Shown in pieces: positions 14,461-25,470 of a DNA stretch of 64,000 bases. This stretch comes from Lama guanicoe (lineage: Eukaryota). The notes under the pieces are model-generated. The model did not search any database. It had not been told where the DNA came from and worked only from the letters and a program-made list of their open reading frames with translations. The stretch spans positions 2,756,943-2,820,942 of the forward strand of contig MU053216.1 of the NCBI GenBank assembly GCA_013239625.1. The letters run 5' to 3'. The first letter of the stretch is position 1. Each line of letters starts with the position of its first letter. The position numbers were made by a program, and so were the translations under genes.

Positions 14461-15904
14461 GGTTGGGCTGTGATTGCTTTGTTTTCGCCTAGTTTCAGAT
14501 TTACATTCCTCACAATATTAGCGCCAAAGCGCTGAAGGAGAGATTTGCCTTTACCGCCTCCCTGCTCATAAAATATGTTAATAGGCAAAAATAGAAATCA
14601 AAGCCCATCTCCCTTTTCTTTTTTTTTTTAATGTGAAATTACAGAGCACACGTTTAGAAAACAAGTTTTCCTTTAACTCCAGAGGCAGACCTAAATCTTG
14701 AGGGGTATAAAAAAAGGTTTCACATGGGAGGCTGGAATTTTAGGCTAATGAATGCAACTCTATTTTTGATACTATGCTGAGTGTTTATATAAAATAGCGG
14801 AGCATTTTAGGCCAATTAGTGGCTTGCAAAACCTCTACTTTTACCAGCAAGGGCTCAGTTTGATGAACTTGAGAAGCTAACAGAAAAGTTGTTGGCAGGA
14901 AATCGTGTGGTCGGGTGGATTCAAGGCAACAAAGCCTTAGCATAAATTAGTTTTTATTTGTCCAAAGAAAAACAAATTCTGTTTGTTTTTGTAATACAGT
15001 TTGTTGGTTCTTTTAATTTGGGGGAAAATTTGGGGAATTCCAGTTCTCTGAGAAGTGAGAGGCTCAGGCCAGCGGGAGCCAGGCCCCAGCTCACAGGCCT
15101 GTGCAAACAGCCACATGCGGCCCCTGCGGCCCCCGCGGGCAGAGGCGGCAGGGCCGGCCTGTTATGCCTGGACCTCAGCTGAGCCAGGCGGGCCGGCCAG
15201 GCGAAGACCGGTGTGGGAGGCACACTGGATTATTCAGACCACCAGAAGGGAGCCTCTGGCACTGCCCCCATCACCCATCCGGCTTGGCCTTTGTGCGGCG
15301 GCTCTGGGAACCCAGATTCCGAGGCTGCTGGTGGAGTCCTGTCCCTTCATCTTGCAGATAAGAAAAGGCAAGATGGGACGCAATGGTTTGGCGTCATCTA
15401 CACCCACGTAACACCTGACAGACTCAAGTCCCAGGTCGGAGGATGATACAAGCTGTGTGATCAGCAGCCTCCTTCGCCTGGCTGGCCACGTGCAGGGAAC
15501 ACAGGATGTGGCGGGCTTTCTGAGCCCCAGTCCAGAAAAGATGACCTGCATCAAAGGCAAGCGAGTCGCAGCACGGTTACCGGGAAGGGCTCCGAATGCA
15601 GAGCCCCGGCAGGCGCTGGGCGCCTCCCCGGGCCACAGCCGCGGCTCCGGGGCCAGCTGACGGGCCTGCTGCCACGACTCGCTTTCAGGAGCTGGTAAAA
15701 GCTCAAGATTTGTGGGGCCAGAGTTTCTTTAGAAGTCTGTGACTACGGTTAGCTCAGTGTTTGGTTTTTTCCCTTCGGGTCACAAAACTCTCTCAGACTG
15801 ACAAGGCCTCTGAGACGCGGGACGACACAGCGAAGTGCGGTGGCCGACATTGCTCGTTCTTCCCAACCCCTGTTTTCCTTTTTCTACGACCGCAGAATTC
15901 TCAT

Positions 15905-16352
15905 ACTAGCAGGGGGTCCCCAGAGAAGCGGAACCAGGAGGATATATATATACAGAGAGAGAGAGAGAGAGAGACGAGAAGAGAGATGTTACAGGGACTG
16001 GTTATGGAGGCCAAATGCCCCACGGTCGCCACCTACACGCTGGAGCCCCAGGGGAGCTGGGGGTGCAGGGCAGCCCGAGTCCGGAGGCTTGAGAACCAAG
16101 CGGGCGGACGGGAGAAGATGGACGTCCCAGCTGTAGAAGAGAGAGAGAGAGAGAATTCACCCTTCCTTGACTTCCTGCTCCATTTGGGCCCTCTGTGGGC
16201 TGGAGGACGCCCACATTGGTGATTCAGTCCGCTGAATCAGATGCTTATCTCTGCCAGAAACACCCTCACCGCCCCCTCTCAGAAATACTGTTTTACCAGC
16301 TATCTGGGTGTCCCTTAGCTTAGTCACGTTGACACAAAAAATTAACTATTAT
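15905..16352 (-). mobile_element. MLT2 (ERVL) solo LTR with (TA)/(GA) microsatellite
   Basis: ccagagaagcggaacc…gagagagag…gaaacaccctcac…ccagctatctgggtg…gttgacacaaaaaattaac. Confidence 0.85.
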
Positions 16353-16399
16353 AATTCCTAATTTTTTATGGGCACGAAATAAAGGCAGCACATCCCAGT

Positions 16400-18150
16400 C
16401 CTAATTGCAGGGCGGTGCGGCTGTTCACGCAGGTGCTGGCCGATGGGCCAAGAGCAGGGGCAGGGAGACGGGCCGACCCGCTGTGCGGCTTCCGTGCTGG
16501 GCTGTCGGGTGGCAACGGGGGGAGCGCAGCGGGCGAGCGCGTGCTCAGCGTGCACGAGGCCCTGGGCCCAACCCCAGTGCCTCCATCAGATAAACCCAAC
16601 CACCTCCCCCAAAGCAAACAAAAAATTTAACAAAAGAAAAACAAAATTTAAAAAAAAAAAAAAAGCAAGGGAGAAACCTTCCCCTCCTCCCCTTTCCGCT
16701 GGTAACACGGCTCGATAGCGCCACGGCCGAGAAACCGCGTTCTCGGTGATTCAGGCACGCCAGCCGAGAGCAAACGCGAAGACGGCTGTCTCGTGCGCGC
16801 TCATGGCTGTGGCCGTAGGCGCGTAGGGTGAGCATTTGAAGTTTGCTTCCTTAATTTAAATCTGAGGCACTAACAGTTGCCTCGAGGCCTCTGATGAAAT
16901 CAGAGGGGTGTCTGTGGAGCGCCCATCACAGGCCCAGCCTGCTTTTGTGAGCTGCAGGCTGACAAGAGCCGGGCAGGGAAGGCGGGGAGGGGCCGGGGGG
17001 GCCGGGACCCTGGGACCCGAGGCCTCGGCAGCGCCCCCCGGCTTCCCCCGCTGTGTGAGGCCGCTGCCGGCTTTCCTCGGGGAGCAGACGGGCCTCTGTG
17101 GTTAGTGCGGGAACTCTTTGTCCTGAATTCGCAGTAGCGGGAAGAGTGACTCAGTCTCCAGCCTCAGAGGATGGGGGGCTGGGTCTGGTTTGGAACTTCC
17201 TGCCCCAGGTCGGGCTGGTCTGGGAAGCAGAAAACAGGGCTGCGTGTGGGCCTGGTTCACAGAGGCCAGGGCGCCGGCAGGCAGGGTGGGAGGGAGCGCG
17301 GTACGGGGAGCGAGGGGCACTGGCAACGGGGATTTTTATCAGCCTGGTGCTTTGAGCCAAGTTTTAAAGGCCAGTCGATCTAAGCTCGAGCCCCAGGTCT
17401 ACTAGTTAGCGCCTGTCAAGGTACCAATTTCCACGTCTTTAAAGGGGTACCGCCTCCTCTGGGGAGTTGTGGGCAATGGCCATCACTGACCATTCTCTTA
17501 CTTTGTGTCAATTACTCTTGTAACTTTTTTTTTTTTTTTGCCAATTATCCTGGATAATCTTCCCAACAACCCGAGGAGGTAGCTCTCCTGACTTTCGGGA
17601 GACAGATGAGAAAACGAGGGTTTGGAGAGGCCGGAAAACGGCCCGCCGCGCAGCCGCGCAGCGGGGCTGCTTGTCCGTCGGGGCCGCAGCGAGGAAGCCC
17701 GCGCGCGCGCCCCGCGCAGAGCTCGGCCTGACTGCCCTGCGCACACGCTCCTTTAAAAGTGTTACCCCAGCTGCAGAGACGGAAGAGCTGAGCTGAGAAC
17801 AGCTGAGTAACCCTCCGCGATCACACCACCGCGTGGGCGGAACGAGGCTCGGACTCTCCGCCCCAGAGACTCCGCTGCCCTCGCGTTCTGCCCGCGCCAC
17901 GGGGGCGCTCGGCTGCCGGAAGGCGGCCACCCATCCGGGGTGCAGTGGCCGGGCCACCCAGCTCTCGGAGCCCAGGCGGATGCCCCAGACCCTGAGGACA
18001 CGGCCTCACGCTGTCACTGAGGATATTTTCCTCGTTGGATGGATCTTACAGCAGCAGCCAAGAGCAGCCTCCGTCCCAGCGCCCCGCCCCGCCCCTCCCC
18101 TCCCCTCCTCTCCTTCCCTTCCAGGGACCCGAGCTGAGCTGCCGGGAGGG
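16400..18150. promoter_or_regulatory. Orphan CpG island / GC-rich region
   Basis: Dense CpG (e.g. cccgcgcgcgcgcccgcgc at ~17700), GC boxes (ctccgcccc, ccccgccccgcccc), ETS-like ccggaa. Confidence 0.75.
16517..16665 (+). mobile_element. tRNA-derived SINE (Vic-1-like), strongly GC-shifted copy with A-rich tail
   Basis: gagcgcgtgctcagcgtgcacgaggccctgggcccaaccccagtgcctcc…taaacccaaccacctccccc aligns to the other SINE copies in the window. Confidence 0.85.
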
Positions 18151-19611
18151 CTGGGGTCACGTGGTCCCTCGCTCACTTCTGTTTATGGAGTTTCTCAGCC
18201 AAGAGGAAAACCATTAGGTGTCAAGTTGCAAGTAGACAGCATCCAAGGAGCTGCCTATTCCAGCACGAGTTCCTGCCAAGGAACCTTAAATAAACTCGGT
18301 GGAGGGAAGATGTCTAGGCCTATTGTGTAGGCAGTATATTTAGTTTGTTAGATTCATACATAGAACTTGATTTTGTCTAATTAATTACCTTAGGTTCTAA
18401 AAAGCAGAGGAAAACATGGGCCTTCCCCCCCCTTCTCTTTGTGAGTTTTTTTGGGGGCAAAAGTCTAGTCAATGCACTACTTCGGATAAAAGAAAAATCC
18501 AGCTGAAGTGTTTAGTAAGTCTTTCTTTATATTTTTAGCCAAAGGTGAGAGGTAAAGTCAACAATACCTCTAGGCATCGGTGGCCGTGCAGAGCAGTGGC
18601 ACAAGCAGAGAAGACTTGGACACGTAAGAGGGAGAAGTCAGTCCAGTTAATGGAGGTGAGATCAGGGGCCGACATCTCACCTTCACGCAAAATGTATTTT
18701 CCCAGAAGACCGTGCGTGTAGAGAGCGGGCTGACCTCCTCTGTCCGCATTTATTAAAATGCTCCAGGAATAATTTTTTGAAGAAACTGGGTGGAGTTCAA
18801 AGCAGGTTTTGAGACTTTCTGGAAAATCAGACAGTAGGAAGAGACGATGGTGTAAGGAAGCGTCAGACGGCTCAGAAGGAGGTGCTGCAAGAAGACAAGG
18901 CAAGAGGCACAGTTTAAAGCAAGAACTAAACACAGCGGAAGTGGCAAGCTGGCTGCCTCCCCAGTGAGACGCTAGTGCAGGCAGTCAAGACGAAAGCAGT
19001 GGACAGTTACTTGAGCGGAAAGTGGACCAAGGGTCAGGTCAGGAGGGCAAATAAAACCTTCAACTAAGGGGCAGAGAAGTTACAAACACGAAAGCAGTGA
19101 AAGGTCCAGAATCCGAACTCTGGAACCAGCAGGTTCAAAGTGCCAGCCCTGAACAGCGTGTCAAGGAAAACCTCAGACACTGACAGAGGGTGAGAAGAGC
19201 GCCCTTCTCCTGGGACAGCAGCAGCTGGAAGAGGAAAATCACATTTGTGTGAAAAGCAAGGTCATTTCTGCCCCTTGGCACAAAACTGTGGAAAAACGGG
19301 GAATGCTTGTGAAAGAAGGAAAGAAAGGAGAAAAAAGACCGTGAAAGGCAAGAGTCTCCACCGCTGGGCCACTCCCCCTGGTACTCGGTACCCAGAGGGG
19401 AGAGGCTCTAAGACACAGAGCCTGCGGCGTTGGGATCCGTAAATCAGAGGCCACAGGTACGTGATAGTGAGTCTGAAGTCAGTAGAGACCATAAGGACAG
19501 AGGGATGAGCCTGTTAAGGCACTCTGCAGACCCTCAGGTCAAGTTAAAGTGGTGTTTCAAGTGTAGAGTATGACGAGAGCAAGGAGCCAGTTTCCCTGAG
19601 GAGCTAGGACG

Positions 19612-19686
19612 TTCCTTCCCCCTCCCTCTCCCCTCCCCCTCCTTTTCCTTTTCCTTTTCTGCCCCCTCCTCTTCCTCCTCCTCCTC
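19612..19686. repeat. Polypyrimidine (CT/CCT) tract
   Basis: ttccttccccctccctctccctccccct…tcctcctcctcctc. Confidence 0.8.
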
Positions 19687-22600
19687 AGCAGTGGGATTTA
19701 CAGCCCGCGAAGGTGGAGGAACAGAGGCAGACGGAGAGGAGAGAGACGCGGTGGTGGAAGCGGGGCTGGGAACCGGAGCTCGGGCCGTGTGAGCCCAGGC
19801 CGGGGGCTGCGGGCCAGAGCTGTGTTTCACAAATAATTGCATTTGAGTGCTTTGGGGTATGGTATGCGTTTTCCGTGTTTTTGAAGCTGCCGCCCTGAAT
19901 ATTTTATCAGCCTTTTCCGTTCATTCCTGTTATTTTGCTAACCTCTGAGGGTATTTGCATTTACATTTGAACAGTTCTGGAAAGATTTTGAGGCCAGCCT
20001 TTTTAGAGCTGTAACCTCCAAAGCTGATCAGCTCAGTGGAGATACACTCGGGCCCAAGAGAAGGAGAGAACACGCTCAAGGTGACAACCAGCACGAAGGC
20101 AGAAATGGTTCCTCTAAGGACACACTGTCGCCAAGAGCTACTGCACAGCTTCAAATTGTTGTCGTTAAAACTCACACAGATTTATGCACACGTATTTTTC
20201 TAAAACCTGTACTTTCTAAATGATCTTTATTAGACACGTTTCTAGTTTGCCATCCTGTATGGTATTGAGTTCTCCTCAATTAAAAATTCTTTTGTTTTCA
20301 AAAGGCATCCGAAGAAGATGCTGAAGTACTGAAGCTCCCGTGAGCACCGGCTACCTCTGACGAATACACGTCTGACCACTTTGGCAGGAAGGACCCTTGA
20401 CTGAGCCGTCCAAGTAGCCAAAATGCATCACACGAACGGGCTTCAGGGGATGTGTTGTCGTATCTGTGAGATTTGTACATTGTTCTGATTTGGGGCAAAG
20501 GAAAGTATGACCCAACATGGAGCTCCTTTTATGTTTCTTTTTGCCCAGAAGGGAGCTGGTGTTGATGTGGGCAGATAAAGGGATATGCCTGGGAAGGTTA
20601 GAGGCATAGGAGCTACACATGGACGCTCTGACCTAAAGAGACCTCCGCTCCCAGGGCCCTGCTGTCGGAGCAGAGAGACAGAAGTGGGTTCCCAGAACGT
20701 GAGCGGAGGTGTCAGGCTAGACCCCTTGGGGGAGATTGTATAGAATGTGCTCTAGAAAGAATTATTCTCTGCAGAAAGAACGTGGCTGACTTACCAAGTC
20801 GCACCATCTCAAGTCAGCATGAGTGAGCTCAGTCGTATAAAACATCAGCTCGCATGTGGAAGGAAACCTGTGAAGCAGGCGTGTCTGCTGCGAGTGTCCT
20901 GACCTCACACACGCAGGTCCGGGCATCCGGAAGCCTCCAGCCCTCTCCACCGCGGCCTCCAGCAGAACAAAACCATTGCCAAGGCTGTAGCACAGCCTGG
21001 TGGTCGTTCTACGTGGTGCGCTAAGGCGAGAGAAGTGCTCGAGCTCATGTGTGGAAGAGCACCTTGCGGAACAGAGTTACCCCAGAGAAAAGACAAATCA
21101 TGCCCACGAACTGTACTGTTCACCGTTACCTCGTGTTAAAATGTGACCCTAAATCAGTAAAATAAAACGTACATTTGCTCGAATTCGGTTTTGCTCAGCA
21201 CTCATTCAGAAAGGAAACCTGAATATTTTAGATGAAAAACCGTCCTGAATGGAGAATGTAGTCTCCACAGACTTTCTTGCCTTTTTTTCAGAGAATTAGT
21301 TATTTCCACAGAATTAATTGTCAAAGTTATTTTTAAAGTTAGTGGTTTGGTCTTGATCAAACAAATGGGAACTCGGGGTTTAAAAATAAATTAATATCTT
21401 TTAAATAAAGGGAAAGTCTTAAGAAGTCCAAACTGAAACACTGAATATTTGTATTTTGTTTCACTAATATGTGAACCTTCCTCTTAAAGTAATGAGAAAG
21501 TTTTAAGTGACTGTGTAACTTACTTACTGGCTTTACTGACCCTGGCCCAGAGACCCCACTGAATTCATTTATGTTGTGTGTGTTTATGAGTTTTGTTAAA
21601 ACATTTTCTATTTCTCATAAAGCAAAAGCTAAAATAGCTGATTTGACTGACCCACCATCAGGCTGGCAGCTCGGGGAAGATTTACTTTCCAGGGCGCATT
21701 TAGGGCCTCTTTCCTCTGACATTGTAGATGATAAGTTCTTGGGGTCAGAACTGTGTAAGTCTAAGAGTTTTAAATCTTCTTCCAAGATTTTTTTTGTAGT
21801 GTTTAAAGAAAATTTTTATCAAGCACATATAGAAACAAAGCGAAGAATGTCCACGTCGCGTTTCTCGTGAGTCTGTAGTCCTCTGTCTTTGGTGATGTTT
21901 GCAGTTCCTTTAATGATGGAATAACCTTTAAAGGGTTAAAGACCAGTTTTATTTTTAAATTAATGAGTCAGTGTTACTCTCTGAGTCATTAAGAATTACT
22001 ACCCGAATATGACTATTTCAATAATTGAAATATGACTGTTTTACTGAAATCAGAATGGAATGTTTACGTAGCTCTCTGTAGGGGGCTCGCCCAGTGTTGG
22101 AGACCTTCACACAGTGGGGGAAGAAAAAGGGGGGAGAAGCTTCTCTTTTTAATACTACAAAGAAGTTGTACTTTCCTTTGGTAAAATTTACTTATTTGGG
22201 AGGTTATTTCTATTCGTATAAAAATGAGCTATTTCATGTGTACAAATGCTTCATTTATTAAAAATACAGATTCTCATGAAAAAGAAATCACCCACATTTT
22301 AAGTGCCTATTCAGTAATAAAATCCCTTCACTGAGACTCTGTAAAATTCACAAAACAGTCCATGATTTGCACTCTGCACTGCACCACAGTCGTAATGCCT
22401 GTGTGGTTAGGGACCGTGGACTCGCTTTATTGCAGTTCCATGCACCCAAATGGAAGTGAATCACATGTTTATTTTTGCGTATGTCTGATCAAAAAAACAA
22501 AACAAAACAAAACTCAAAAACAAAAACTCCAATTATGACTTCCAAGGCATTGCTTTCCATTAGCTGTTTCAAAGAAATCCCCATTTCTTATCTTAAAACT

Positions 22601-23224
22601 TGGTAGGTAGAGTGTGGAATTTTAAGTGAAGTAAGAAAACCAGGGGGAGAGGGCATAGGGCCAGATGTTTCCCCCCAAGACAACAATTTCCCTTCTAGAG
22701 AAGCCTGGAAACGGGCGGGCAAAGTATATTTAGATTCTCATAGTCACTCATTTTAGTTCCTCTTTGAAATCCCCTCGCTGTCCCCCACTTCCTGTCTGAT
22801 GGCAGGAAGGTGTCCCCAGGCTGCAGACTCCTTGTCACACGAGCAGGTAAGCTCTGGTCCCTGGATGGGTTTGTGGCAGACCACAGAGTTCCCCACAAAT
22901 TTGCTTCCTTCCACTCACTAACACTCTCATTAGGATGTCCCCAGAGCCGTGTGTGTGTCAGGTGCTTGAGATGCAAGTGACAAGCTCACTGGGGCGTGAG
23001 CTGCTTCAAGGTGAGTCATGGGGAAGATGACACACAGGGCTGGAAGGAGGCATTGGTGGGGTACAGACTTGCAGTAACCAGGATTTCCCGGAGCTGGGGA
23101 GAACGGCTCAGCTTTTGTCTTAAGGGTGGGTGACTTGGTTGAGAAAACATGGTCATGATGCTGGGGATCATCAACTTCATCATCATCAAGTCAGTATTTT
23201 CCGTGAGGTTGATGTGAATTTATA

Positions 23225-23388
23225 CAGGCAGACCTTGGAGGTATTGCAAGCTCAGGTCCAGATAAAGTGAATATCATAGTAGAAGGAGTCATATACATTT
23301 TTTGGTTTCCCAGTGAGGGCAAAAGTTTGTTTACACTGTAGTCTATTAAATATGCAAGAGCGTTTTGTCCAAAAAAGTACATACATAA
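23225..23388 (+). mobile_element. Tigger1 (TcMar) terminal fragment
   Basis: TA then caggcagaccttggaggtattgcaagctcaggtccaga…tttttggtttcccagtg…tgtagtctattaa. Confidence 0.8.
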
Positions 23389-23399
23389 GAATAAATAAA

Positions 23400-23604
23400 T
23401 TAATTAATTAATAAGAACTCTTGTTAATGAAATTATATTTTAGAGGAAATACGTTAACATAAGATAGAAAATAAAGGTGAAGTTTCTCAGAGAAGGAACT
23501 AAAAAGGCAATGAGGTTCTTCAAAAAATAGCAAAGTAAGTATAAAAAAATTAGAGAATTTGGAAATTCAATATAAAAAGAAAAGTAATTCTCACCTATGA
23601 CCAC

Positions 23605-23651
<47 letters not shown>

Positions 23652-24000
23652 GACAGGAGAGGGAGAGAGAGAGAATGAAAAAGGAGAAAGGGAGGCGATC
23701 CTTAAAGACGTAGTTTAGGGAAATTTCCCCAAACTGGAAAACATTAGTTTCCGTATGAATGAGCCTGTCAAGTGACTAAAACAGTGAAATCAAAAAGCAA
23801 ACAAAACAAAACCTGCCCACATCATGGTGCCTCACTGTGAATAAAACATCCTAAAATATCTCAGGAAGGAAAACAAGAAACGTCAGATACCAAGTACCAG
23901 GAACCAGGTGGCATCAGACTACTCAGAACAGCAGCCAGCGGTGGGAAGCGAGAGAGATGCCTTTCAAGAGCTCAAGGGACCTGCTGGTGCAGAAATGTGA
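23400..24000 (+). mobile_element. Old LINE-1 ORF1-region remnant
   Basis: A-rich; ggaaatttccccaaactgg…ggcatcagactactcagaacagca…gatgcctttcaagagctcaagg. Confidence 0.5.
23603..23675. repeat. (CA)n microsatellite followed by (GA)n
   Basis: ~19 uninterrupted AC units at 23611-23648. Confidence 0.95.
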
Positions 24001-24099
24001 ACAAGGGTCCCTAAAGGAAACCACATGCATGGAAGAGAAATTCAAAGAGACAGTAAATAAAAAAAATCATGAAAAACATAAAATCCAAATATAAAAACT

Positions 24100-25470
24100 G
24101 AAAGTACAGAGAGTCCAGAAATAAGTCCACACGGATATGGTCAATTAATTTATGACAGATGAACAAAGACTATGCAATAAGGAAAGAACATTCTCTTCAA
24201 GAAATGTTACTGGGAAAACTGGAAGCCACATGTGAAAGAATGAAATTGGTCAACTGCTGATTAGAGATTTGAACAAAAGACCTGAAATGATAAAACTCCA
24301 ACAAAAAGCCATAGAGGTAAGTTCCTTGACATCAGATCAGTCTTAGCGATGTTTTTTTTTTTTTATTTGACACCAATGGCAAAGGCAATAAAGGCAAAAA
24401 ATGAGCAAGTGGGACTTCATGGAACTAAAAGCTCCTGCACAGAGAAGGAAACCATTAACAAGACCAAAAGACAGCCTACTGAATGGGAGGAAATATTTGA
24501 AAATCCTATATCTGATAAGAAGTTAATATCCAAAATATATAAAGAACTCATACAATTGAAAGATCAATCAGATTTTTAAAAAGTGGGCGGAGAACCTGAA
24601 TAAGCACTTTCTAAAGAAGACACACAAAAGGCCAAGAAGCACAGGGGAGGTGCTCAACACCACTCATCATCAGAGAAATGCTCAGCAAGCGCACAATGAC
24701 CTGTCACCTCACACCTGCTACAACAGCTGTTATGAAAAAGGCCAGAAACAGCACGTGTGGGTGGAGATGTGGAGAAACTTGTGCACTGTTGGTGGGAATG
24801 TAAACTGGTGTGACCACTATGAAAAACAGTATGGAGACTCCTCCTAAAATTAAAAATAAAACTACCGTATGATCTAGCAATTCCATTTCTGGATATTCAT
24901 CAAAAGGAACAAAAACACTAGCTCAAAAAGATACATGCACTCCCATGTTTATTGCTGAAATATTTACAATAGCTAAGATATGGAAACAAACTAAATGTCC
25001 TCTTATGGATGAATGGATAAAAAGCATGGTATATGGACACCATGGGATATTATTCAGCCATTAAAAAAATGGAGTTCTGCCACTTGTGACAACATTGATG
25101 GATCTATAGGGTACTATACTAAACGAAATAAATCAGAGAGAGAAAGACAAATTCCCTATGATCTCGTATGTGGAATTAAAAAAAACAAAAAACAAAGGCA
25201 AAACAAAAATCTAAGTCATAGATACAGAGAACAGACTGGTGGTGGCCAGAGGTGGTGGGGGCGTAGTGGGGTGGGGGTGAAGTGAGTGAAGATGGGCCAG
25301 AGGTACGAACTTCCAGCCACAGGATAAATAAATCCTGGGATGAAATGTACATCGTGGTGACTATAGTTAACAATTCTGTACTCTATTTGGAGTTGCTTAG
25401 AGAATAGTTCTGAAAAGTTCTCATCACAAGAAAAAAGTGTATGCTTTTTCAATTATATCTCAATTTTAAA
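24100..25470 (+). mobile_element. LINE-1 fragment (degenerate 3' ORF2 + 3'UTR)
   Basis: ORF2-like peptide KETINKTKRQPTEWEEIFENPISDKKLISKIYKEL; cactgttggtgggaatgtaaactgg; multiple stops and frameshifts. Confidence 0.93.

Noticed and set aside
13597..18330. Cluster of overlapping 60-207 aa ORFs
   Set aside because: Expected stop-codon depletion in GC-rich DNA; Arg/Pro/Ala/Gly-rich in all frames with no domain or exon structure.
24349..24579. ORF resembling L1 ORF2 as a possible active element
   Set aside because: Short fragment within a frameshifted, truncated L1 relic.
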